NCBI GenBank assembly: GCA_026129095.1
Contig: JAHCIT010000010.1
Location: 62,001-126,000, forward strand
Source of the DNA: Deltaproteobacteria bacterium
GTDB taxonomy: Bacteria > JAGRBM01 > JAHCIT01
DNA length: 64,000 nucleotides
Direction of reading: 5' to 3'
In this document: positions 9,695 to 17,855 of the stretch, one piece after another
Position numbering within the stretch: position 1 is the first letter of the stretch
Layout of the letters: each line of letters begins with the position of its first letter
Made by a program: the position numbers and the translations under genes
Notes under the pieces: model-generated
What the model saw: the letters and a program-made list of their open reading frames with translations, nothing else
What the model was told of the DNA's origin: nothing
The model's database searches: none

Positions 9695-10204
9695 GTGACA
9701 ACAGCAAAATCGTTCCGTATCAGGGGGCTGGACCGCCGCCGCTCGGAAATACCGGTTGCCAGCGACCGGCGTCGGGGCCCCCGCCGCTTTGAGGATGACA
9801 ATTTAGACGCGGGGGAAGTCACCCGGAAACTGTCCGGTTCGCTGGATATCCTGGTGGATGCCATTGGGGAACGTCTCGGGAAAATACAGGGCCGGATCGG
9901 CCTGGTGCCCGATCTCGATGACGGCGAAGTGACACAGATACCGACCCGTAATCCTCATCTCCGTGAGGCAATGCACACACTGGCAGGAATTGAGGCCGAA
10001 GTGGTCGAATTGGTAAGGAAACTTCGTGCACGGGGACCGGTTCCGGGAGCCGACCGCAAGCGGATTCTGGCGCTGGTTCAGTCCATCATGGGCGTGGACC
10101 GGACACTGGCTGATCTCATGGCGCGGCGGCTGGGGCAGCCGGGGGACTCGCCGGAAATACGGGGGACCAGGTTTCTGGCCCGTGTGGAAAAACTCCTGGC
10201 CTAG
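9695..10204 (+). CDS. Hypothetical helical protein with repeated DxDxGEVT motifs
   Basis: GTG start 3 nt after the FHA gene stop, GGAGGG RBS, 169 aa. Confidence 0.65.
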   Translation: MTTAKSFRIRGLDRRRSEIPVASDRRRGPRRFEDDNLDAGEVTRKLSGSLDILVDAIGERLGKIQGRIGLVPDLDDGEVTQIPTRNPHLREAMHTLAGIEAEVVELVRKLRARGPVPGADRKRILALVQSIMGVDRTLADLMARRLGQPGDSPEIRGTRFLARVEKLLA

Positions 10205-12192
10205 GAACCCAACTGCCCGATCCTTTTCAGCAGTTCGCGGGCCCATGCGGAAGACGGGTTCGTCTGCATGGCGGCCTGGATCCAGATACGTGCAGTTTCC
10301 GGTTCGCCATTATCCAGGGCAATCTCTGCACGCATGAGGTTCGCGGCCTCGCTGCCCGGCTGGTCGCGGAGCACACCATCGATCATGTCCGTCACCTGCC
10401 GGCAAAGCAGCGGCGGCCTGCTTTCGCGGTTTTCCAGATACTGTGTCCAGGCCCAGAAGGCGTAAGACTCCAGTTCACTGGTATTCAGTTCAAAGGCTTT
10501 CTGGAAAGCCTCGCCCGCAGCCATGTACCGTTTCTGTTCCAGCAGGTCACGTCCCTTGGCGAACCATCGCTCGGTTTCATTTGCATGAACAGCGGGAGGC
10601 GGGTTGGTACGTCCCTCCAGTGCATGAAGTTCGGCCAGGTACTGCTTGCAGCGCTCAGGATCGAGAAGCGTGTCCCGGGCCAGCTGCACCCGGGCGAATG
10701 CTTCTTCGGCTTCCTGCCGGGCCTCGGGCTCGATATCCCGCGGGAGGCTGAACGGCGGGTATTTGGATGCTTCGCGCTGATAGGCTGCCGATATTTCCAC
10801 TTCCCGTGAACTGGCGCTCACGCCTAGCACGTCGAAAAGGTTTTTCTTCATCACGTCCACAAAGCGGCTGTGTATGCTGGCGGCAAGCTTCGATTTGACC
10901 GGGGCTTTCGCAGACTCGGCTGGCCGCTGGTCCATCTGCTCCAGCTGGCTCTGGAAATCCTTGCGGAGTGTGGCCGTCTGGTCCCTGACCATCTGCTCAA
11001 GCCTTGCCTGCTCGGCCGCGACATGCCCTTCGGACCGGGGCGGAAGGGATGAACTGGTCTTGGCGGTGCCAGTGCGGTCGGGAATGTGGATTCTCAGGAC
11101 TCCCAGGAGGAGCAGCGCGTAAATGGACTGGAGTGCCGAGAGGAGGCGGTCCTTCCGGCGGTCCAGTATTTCGCCCAGCGTCAGTTTCCCGTCCACGGCG
11201 TCCAACGTCATTTTTTCCGCCGGCATCAGGGAGAGCCGGGAGATGACCGTATCGGATTTGTCCGCCTTCATGAGACGAAGGCTGGTCAGCCGTTTCAGTT
11301 CCGGAAGCAGGATGTCCGCCGTATAGAACCGGCGAATTCCGGTCAGCATGATATCATTGATGTCGTATTCGAATACTTCGATATTACCGAATTCGGCATC
11401 GGTCCGGCGAAGTATGTAGTGTCCCGTGTTCCAGCCAAATGCGTTCAGTATTTTTTCCCGGATATGGGAGCGGAGGGCCTCGTAAAGATCATCTGAAGTA
11501 ATAACGCCCATTTCGATCAGCACATCGCCCTGCCGCCGGGCAGTGCGTGTCATGGTCTCGATGGACCGCTCGTAATCGGCATGGCTGATGAGCCCGATGG
11601 CAACGAGGTGCCGGCCAAGCACTTCACCGGAGATATTCGACGCGGCATACACCGGAAATCCGCCCATCATGTAGATCTTCCGGTAGTAGTCACCCTGCTC
11701 AAGCTGCAGAATGCCGGTTACGCGGTTCTGATGCACATAAGTGAGAAGTTTGCTGGTCGTCGTGCCGTTGATGATCCCGGCGATTTCGCCGCTCACTGTA
11801 CCGGGTTTTTCCGTCTTTACGCCGCCGCCAATAAGGCCCGACACAGTGGAGAGCAGTTCGTCGGTTGGAAATGGCTTGGTGAGATATCCCGATATCCGGT
11901 AGCGTTCGATGGCGTGGGTCTTTTCGCCGGGAGACTTGAACAGACCCGTGGTCATCAGGACTGGAACCGTTTTTCCTTTCTCTGTCATCCGGATGAGCTG
12001 GACCAGTTCGGCACCGGTCATGACCGGCAGGATGACATCGACGATGAGAAGATCGAATTTCTCCGCCTCGAACAGGCTCTGCGCCGTGCGTCCATCGGCG
12101 GCCGTCTTGACCTCGTAGCCTACCCCGGAAAGGGCCTGGCTCACCGTCTCAACATGAGTGGAGTCGTCATCGGCGATCAGGATGCGTTTCAA
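10201..12192 (-). CDS. Response regulator with DUF4388-like, J-like and TPR domains
   Basis: REC (ILIADDD, LLIVDVILP, YLTKP), VTGILQLE..RKIYMMGGFPVYAASN, J-like NLFDVLGV..EISAAYQR, C-terminal TPR-like helices. Confidence 0.85.
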   Translation of the reverse strand: MKRILIADDDSTHVETVSQALSGVGYEVKTAADGRTAQSLFEAEKFDLLIVDVILPVMTGAELVQLIRMTEKGKTVPVLMTTGLFKSPGEKTHAIERYRISGYLTKPFPTDELLSTVSGLIGGGVKTEKPGTVSGEIAGIINGTTTSKLLTYVHQNRVTGILQLEQGDYYRKIYMMGGFPVYAASNISGEVLGRHLVAIGLISHADYERSIETMTRTARRQGDVLIEMGVITSDDLYEALRSHIREKILNAFGWNTGHYILRRTDAEFGNIEVFEYDINDIMLTGIRRFYTADILLPELKRLTSLRLMKADKSDTVISRLSLMPAEKMTLDAVDGKLTLGEILDRRKDRLLSALQSIYALLLLGVLRIHIPDRTGTAKTSSSLPPRSEGHVAAEQARLEQMVRDQTATLRKDFQSQLEQMDQRPAESAKAPVKSKLAASIHSRFVDVMKKNLFDVLGVSASSREVEISAAYQREASKYPPFSLPRDIEPEARQEAEEAFARVQLARDTLLDPERCKQYLAELHALEGRTNPPPAVHANETERWFAKGRDLLEQKRYMAAGEAFQKAFELNTSELESYAFWAWTQYLENRESRPPLLCRQVTDMIDGVLRDQPGSEAANLMRAEIALDNGEPETARIWIQAAMQTNPSSAWARELLKRIGQLGS

Positions 12193-12309
12193 GACGGATT
12201 ACCCCGGACCCTGTTTGTAGCCTATATAGAAGCAGCTTTGGAACTGAAGGGCGCCTGAAGACAGCGTATGGCCGAAATCCCCGGCTGTCCAACTTTCGGG
12301 CAATCATTC

Positions 12310-13284
12310 ATGCGGGACGTCTGGATATTCCTGGGGCTTATTCTGGTGCTGGGGGGCGTGGCAACGGCCCAGCCGGAGTGGTTTGCATCTGCCGGAAAGT
12401 GGATTCCCCTGATGCTCGGGGTAGTGATGTTCGGCATGGGTGTAACGCTGGAAACGGGGGATTTTGGCCGGGTAGTCCGGCGTCCGCTCCCGGTCCTTCT
12501 TGGCGCCTGCCTCCAGTATGGAGTGATGCCGGTAGCAGGCCTGGCAGCAGCGTGGCTGACCGGTGCGGAGCCGGTGGTACTTCTGGGGTTCGTGCTCGTG
12601 GGGGCGGCTCCTGGCGGTACTGCATCGAACGTGATCGCTTATTTCGCCCGGGCTGATGTGCCCCTGTCAGTGACGATGACTGCCATCTCCACGATGCTGG
12701 CACCGCTTTTCATGCCGTTCTGGACAAAGCTCCTTGCCGGACACGCGCTTCCGGTGGATTTTCTGGGCATGGCGAAAAGCACGTTCCAGATTGTCGTGAT
12801 ACCGGTTGTTCTGGGCATGCTTGCGGGCAGTGCGGGACCTCGACTGCGCGAACTTTCGGGTAAAGTCATGCCGCTGATTTCGGGCGCGATCGTGGCCTTC
12901 ATCATCGCCATCATTGTCGCCGGAAGCCGGGACCGGCTGCTGGCCGTACCAGTGGCAATCTTTCTGGGAGTCTTGCTTCATAATGGATTTGGTCTGTGTG
13001 TGGGGTGGCTAACCCCCCGGTTGATGGGGAGATCCCCGGCCGAGTGCCGTACGATGGCAATTGAAGTGGGAATGCAGAACTCCGGGCTTGCCGCGGCACT
13101 GGCGGCGGTCCATTTCCCGGCAGGCGCGGGGCTTCCGGCAGCGCTGTTCAGTGCCTGGCAGAACCTGTCCGGGGCAGCTTTGGCATCTATCTGGCGCAGC
13201 CGCCCCGCAGTGGGGTATGGTGAGCCCCGGCGATCTGGGCTATTCGCCAGCAAAAAGAAGACAGGGGAGAACTCCGCTCCATGA
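12310..13284 (+). CDS. Bile acid:sodium symporter (BASS/PanS-like) family transporter
   Basis: MFGMG, PGGTASNV and IEVGMQNSGLA motifs. Confidence 0.92.
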   Translation: MRDVWIFLGLILVLGGVATAQPEWFASAGKWIPLMLGVVMFGMGVTLETGDFGRVVRRPLPVLLGACLQYGVMPVAGLAAAWLTGAEPVVLLGFVLVGAAPGGTASNVIAYFARADVPLSVTMTAISTMLAPLFMPFWTKLLAGHALPVDFLGMAKSTFQIVVIPVVLGMLAGSAGPRLRELSGKVMPLISGAIVAFIIAIIVAGSRDRLLAVPVAIFLGVLLHNGFGLCVGWLTPRLMGRSPAECRTMAIEVGMQNSGLAAALAAVHFPAGAGLPAALFSAWQNLSGAALASIWRSRPAVGYGEPRRSGLFASKKKTGENSAP

Positions 13285-14000
13285 ACGTATTGCAGGCAAT
13301 CGAGGCGCGCCACAGTGTCCGGGCATTTGCGAAGCAGCCGGTTGATCCGGCACTGATCTGGAAAATCCTCGAGGCTGGCCGGAAGGCCCCGTCGTGGTCG
13401 AATTCCCAGCCCTGGGAGTTTGCCGTTATCGCCGGTGAACCGCTGAATGCACTCCGCAAGGAGATGTACGAAACCGGTCGGCGTGGGGTTCCGCGCAATC
13501 CGGATATCCCGCATCCCAAGACCTTTCCCGACCGGCACCAGAACCGCCGCCGGCTGAACGCGAAGATGCTCTTTTCGGCGCTGAATATCCCACGCGAGGA
13601 CAGTGCACAGCGCGAGGAGTTCAACCTGTCGATGCTGAGGTTCTTTGACGCGCCGGTGGGAATAATTCTCTTGATGGATTCGCAACTGGATGGAACCTGG
13701 TCGGTGCTCGACATGGGTTGCTGCCTGCAGAACATCATGCTGGCGGCGGTTGAACTGGGACTCGGCACCTGTGCCGAGGCGTCGATTACCGCCTATCCGG
13801 ATGTGGTGAGAAAGCATTTGCACATGGGCAAGGAAAAACGCGTTATGTGCGGGCTCGCGCTTGGCCACCCGGAGCGGGGGACAGTGCTGGGTGACTTCCG
13901 GAGCATCCGTGTGGCGCTCGACGAGATTTCCTACTGGATCGGAATTGATCCGCCGCTGCGCGGCGGCGAGCACGAGCCGGGTTCAGGGACGGGAATCTAG
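13281..14000 (+). CDS. Nitroreductase family flavoprotein
   Basis: RHSVRAF, APSWSNSQPW, LAAVELGLGTC. ATGA overlap with the BASS gene. Confidence 0.92.
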   Translation: MNVLQAIEARHSVRAFAKQPVDPALIWKILEAGRKAPSWSNSQPWEFAVIAGEPLNALRKEMYETGRRGVPRNPDIPHPKTFPDRHQNRRRLNAKMLFSALNIPREDSAQREEFNLSMLRFFDAPVGIILLMDSQLDGTWSVLDMGCCLQNIMLAAVELGLGTCAEASITAYPDVVRKHLHMGKEKRVMCGLALGHPERGTVLGDFRSIRVALDEISYWIGIDPPLRGGEHEPGSGTGI

Positions 14001-14072
14001 AGTCCGTTTTGTAAGCACCCTTGGTTCGGGATTGCCGGGTTAAGGAAGCCTTTGTGAACACCCCGGCCAGGC

Positions 14073-14309
14073 TTACTCCGTCGATTTGGGATGCCCGAAC
14101 GGATGGACGGCCCGGTCCAGATCTGGCGGCATTGGTTCTGGCTGAGAAAGCGGGCGGCTGAGCCGTTCTTGCCGTTCTGCTGCCGTTTCCGGCACACTAG
14201 GGTTGGAAACAAGAATCACGCCGATGGTGGCGATGGTCAGCACGGCCGCGAGGGCGAGCGTGATCCAGAGAGGCGTTCGGTTTGCCGGGGTTTCGTGCCG
14301 GTTCTTCAC
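14073..14309 (-). CDS. Possible small single-TM protein
   Basis: GTG start, TM segment LWITLALAAVLTIATIGVILV. Overlaps head-to-head with the next gene's predicted start, so uncertain. Confidence 0.35.
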   Translation of the reverse strand: MKNRHETPANRTPLWITLALAAVLTIATIGVILVSNPSVPETAAERQERLSRPLSQPEPMPPDLDRAVHPFGHPKSTE

Positions 14310-15628
14310 GGCTGCGGAGGTTAGCAGGTCTGTGTGCGGCTGTCGCTTTGACGGCAGGCCCTGGTGCAACCCATGCGAAATCCGTTCCTGACGCCATGGA
14401 AGCCGGTGAAGGGCCGGGCGATAAGGCCTACGAGCAAACACCGGAGCGCCCGGAAAGTAACGAAAAGCCGGTAGACGATTTTCTCGATTCTGAATGGTTC
14501 CCTCTCAACTGGCCCGCAATGGGTTTCGAAAGTGCTGCCCGGCCGGTTATCTGGACCGTGGAATTCATTGACCGGTACCGGATCCACCGTCGGGTTTATG
14601 ATCTTCTCACCAATGACGAACGAACGGCGGCGATTTACCCGTTCGCCAGTTTTGGTAATGAAGGGCTGAACCGGGTCGGCATCCGGGCGTTTCACCGGAA
14701 CCTTTTCAATGAACGCAAGGTGGCTCGGATTTCCATGGACTGGGACATGGACCGTTCAGTCACCCAGCGGTTTCGCTATACCGATCCCTCGGTGCTTGGA
14801 TCCAGCTTTTATGCGGGCATGGATCAGAAGTTCGGGCGTTACATGGACACCCGCTATTACGGGCTGGGCAACCAGAGCCTGAAGGCGAACCGGTATTCGT
14901 TCCGGTCGGATTACGAATCAGTGACGATTCAGTCTGGCTATGGTCAAGGACGTAACCTGGGCGTGGGTATCGCCCTGTCCGTTGACCATTCGGAGATCCG
15001 GCCATCAGTGCCCGCCACGCCAGGGACAACAGCTGGAGTGACACCGGAGCAGCTTGGGGTAATTCATGACAAGACGCTGCTGGGAGTTGCCGGTGTGGCC
15101 AGATTCGACCGGCGTCGTTGGCGGGCAGAGACACTGGAGGGGTACCGGCTGCTGGCGACGCTTGGTATGTTTGCCTCTCCGGGCGGAAACCCCAGCCGGT
15201 TTCTGAAATGGTCGGTGGATGCGGCCTGGTTCCAGCCGCTGATTCACCGGGGGCGTGTCTTGGTGCTCAGGGCATGGATTGAATCCGTACATCCTCTGAG
15301 TGGAGGCGAGGTTGGCTTGTTCGACCTGCCTGCAGCCGGTGGGGACAATTTCCTCCGGGGGTTTCCCACCGGCCGGTTCCGTGACCGGACGGCGATGGTA
15401 TTTTCGCAGGAGTACCGGTTTCCGGTCTGGCGATTTATGGATTTTACGGTGTTTGCTGATGAGGGCCGGGTCATGTCCGGCCCCGGTTCGATCTCCTTTG
15501 CAGACATGCATCTGTCGTGGGGTGCAAGCATCCGGTCCCGGCGGCGGGATCTGTTCCTCTGGCGGTTCGTTTTTGCACAGAGCAAGGAAGGGATTCGGCT
15601 GAATCTTTCCTTCAATCAGGAGTTTTAG
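14282..15628 (+). CDS. Omp85 (BamA/TamA-family) outer-membrane beta-barrel, apparently without POTRA domains
   Basis: Signal peptide ending ATHA, LRGFPTGRFRDR lid motif, C-terminal beta-signal LNLSFNQEF. Confidence 0.85.
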   Translation: MPGFRAGSSRLRRLAGLCAAVALTAGPGATHAKSVPDAMEAGEGPGDKAYEQTPERPESNEKPVDDFLDSEWFPLNWPAMGFESAARPVIWTVEFIDRYRIHRRVYDLLTNDERTAAIYPFASFGNEGLNRVGIRAFHRNLFNERKVARISMDWDMDRSVTQRFRYTDPSVLGSSFYAGMDQKFGRYMDTRYYGLGNQSLKANRYSFRSDYESVTIQSGYGQGRNLGVGIALSVDHSEIRPSVPATPGTTAGVTPEQLGVIHDKTLLGVAGVARFDRRRWRAETLEGYRLLATLGMFASPGGNPSRFLKWSVDAAWFQPLIHRGRVLVLRAWIESVHPLSGGEVGLFDLPAAGGDNFLRGFPTGRFRDRTAMVFSQEYRFPVWRFMDFTVFADEGRVMSGPGSISFADMHLSWGASIRSRRRDLFLWRFVFAQSKEGIRLNLSFNQEF

Positions 15629-17590
15629 GTGAATCGGGCGATCCAGCTAGTGACAGTTGTGACGGCGGGGCTTTTGGGCATGGCCCCGCCGGTATTTGCT
15701 GGGCATCCTGCACCGGAAATCGGCTGGGTGGCGTCAGTGCCAGGGCTGACTACTGGCGGCTGTTCCCGGCGCGAGATTGGCCGCCGCACCGACATGATCG
15801 ATCAGACGGCTATCAGGCCGGTGCGATCGTTGCTCCGGCCAGTCGAGTGGATGCGGGCGGTGGGGTACTGGACGGCACTCCTCGATGACCGGGAGGCGAG
15901 CGACCTGACGCCATACGGTGAAGTGGAAGATTCGGCTTATTTCATCAATCGCATGGGCAAGCGGCAGCTCACGGCAGACGAAATTGTTCGCGGCCCGCTC
16001 GCGGTGGCTTCCCTCAAAGGGCCGTGGACAGTGGTTCAGGTAGATGAACGCTCGGTTCCGCGCCTGACCGCGATGGATCGCAATGGCAGCCGGTGGGAAC
16101 TGCTCTTCGACTCACGCGCCTATCCCGAGATGGCTACAGGAGCCTATCTGGTCTCATCGCGCCTGCTGTGGGCAGCCGGTTATTTCGTCCGTCCATCGGC
16201 ACTGGTACGCATCCAGACATCCGAATTCAGGACAGCGAAGGAGATCGTCTGGATCGACAAGTATGGCGAGGTGCGCGATCACGGACCTCCGCTGGAGGAG
16301 GTGTTTGCCCGTCTGTCCCGCAACCCGGATGGTTCGCTCCGGGCTGTAGCCGTCTTTGTTCCACCGGGTGAAGTCTGCGGGCCGTGGCCCTTTTCGGGGC
16401 AACGGAAGGACGACCCGAACGGAATTGTGATGAACCAGCACCGCAGATCGCTCCGGGGGCTCCGGTGGTTCGCGGCATGGCTGAATATGATCGGATCCAG
16501 CCAGCATTTCACCAGTTCCCGCTGGGTCAGATCCGATGACGATGGCAATGGACTTCTGATCCATTTCCTTGAACGGCTTGAACAGTCATTGGGATCAAAC
16601 GAAAGCCGTCCCAGATCTCCACGAGATGGGCACGGATACTACTTCAATCCCTGGGCTGTACTCAGGCAGATCGGCACGCTGGGTTTTTACCAGGAGGATT
16701 TCGAGAATGACCGGGCATCCGGAGTTCGCGGGATCGGCCATTTCGAATCGCTCAGGTTCCGCCCGGAAACCTGGCGCGGGTACTTTCCCAATCCGGCATT
16801 CCAGAGCGCCACGGCACTCGACGGTTACTGGGCCGCAAAAATCCTGTCATCCTTTGGCACACGGGAAATAGAGGCGGCTGTCGAGGCTGCGGGATATACC
16901 GATCCGGCCGCCCAGCGCGATCTGGTCCGGATACTTTCCGAGCGGCGTGACAAGATCACCGCCTGGCTGTTCCGTAATTCGCTGGCCGTGGATAATTTCC
17001 GGGTTTCAAGATCACCCGAAGGAAACTGGGACTTCCTGTTTGACGACCTTGCCGTGGACCGGCGGCTGATCCGGCCGTCGGAAGCCAGTTACCGGTTCCT
17101 GCTTCGGCCGCGAGGTTTTGTCGAGGCCGATCTTGCGTCGCTGGGCGGATTGATCAACCGGTTTGCTGACAACGGGTCTTCCCGTCGTATTCTTATTGAT
17201 TTCGAACTGGCCCGTCGCATCCGGTCCTATCCGCCAATCCGGTTTTCACAGGAGCCTGTGCGATGGGAAATGATCCTGGTAGGCCGGTACGGGCGGGTGG
17301 CCCCGTTTTCGCAAGCCGGAAATGTACCGGCGCCAGACCCGGAAGGAGCAGCTGCCCGTATGGTTGAATTTGTCGAACAAATTGAAGTGCCATCACCCGA
17401 ACAGACGCTGCAAGCGATGGGCGGCCGGGTCCGGCTGAGTTACGAGCGCACGGTCAACGAAACGCTGATGCCGGGGCTTCCCCGCGAATTCACGCCGTCA
17501 CTAGCCGGGTCACGTCCGCCGCCGGTACGGATACTGCTGGCCTATGAACCAGAAACCGACCAGCTGGTTATCGAGGGATGGGAACGGTGA
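15629..17590 (+). CDS. Exported hypothetical protein, probable atypical-kinase-like fold with degenerate active site
   Basis: Starts immediately after the Omp85 stop. Signal peptide ending VFA. Blocks YPEMATGA..SRLLWAAGY and DDPN..HRRSLRGLRWFAAWLN. Confidence 0.7.
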   Translation: MNRAIQLVTVVTAGLLGMAPPVFAGHPAPEIGWVASVPGLTTGGCSRREIGRRTDMIDQTAIRPVRSLLRPVEWMRAVGYWTALLDDREASDLTPYGEVEDSAYFINRMGKRQLTADEIVRGPLAVASLKGPWTVVQVDERSVPRLTAMDRNGSRWELLFDSRAYPEMATGAYLVSSRLLWAAGYFVRPSALVRIQTSEFRTAKEIVWIDKYGEVRDHGPPLEEVFARLSRNPDGSLRAVAVFVPPGEVCGPWPFSGQRKDDPNGIVMNQHRRSLRGLRWFAAWLNMIGSSQHFTSSRWVRSDDDGNGLLIHFLERLEQSLGSNESRPRSPRDGHGYYFNPWAVLRQIGTLGFYQEDFENDRASGVRGIGHFESLRFRPETWRGYFPNPAFQSATALDGYWAAKILSSFGTREIEAAVEAAGYTDPAAQRDLVRILSERRDKITAWLFRNSLAVDNFRVSRSPEGNWDFLFDDLAVDRRLIRPSEASYRFLLRPRGFVEADLASLGGLINRFADNGSSRRILIDFELARRIRSYPPIRFSQEPVRWEMILVGRYGRVAPFSQAGNVPAPDPEGAAARMVEFVEQIEVPSPEQTLQAMGGRVRLSYERTVNETLMPGLPREFTPSLAGSRPPPVRILLAYEPETDQLVIEGWER

Positions 17591-17613
17591 AAGGTCCGGT
17601 CGTGAGCCTGTAA

Positions 17614-17811
17614 TCACTGCTCGTCGGTGCCGCCATCCGTTTCCCGGCGGCGCATGGTATACAAATAGTATCCGGAAAGGCCGAGGATGAGCCACGGCAT
17701 GGCCAGCATCATGTACAGGAAAAACTCCGCGCCGGGATTTCCCCCCTGCTGGTAACTGCAGGTGGGGCATCCAATGAGAAAATCCGCCAACGGTGGAGCA
17801 ACGCCAGTCAT
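17614..17811 (-). CDS. Small membrane protein with CPTC motif
   Basis: CPTC followed by one TM and an RRR stop-transfer. Alternative TTG start at 17859 overlaps the upstream stop. Confidence 0.5.
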   Translation of the reverse strand: MTGVAPPLADFLIGCPTCSYQQGGNPGAEFFLYMMLAMPWLILGLSGYYLYTMRRRETDGGTDEQ

Positions 17812-17855
17812 GTCAGCGCCGATGGTGCTGGATGCCGCCGGGGTTGTCAAAAGAT

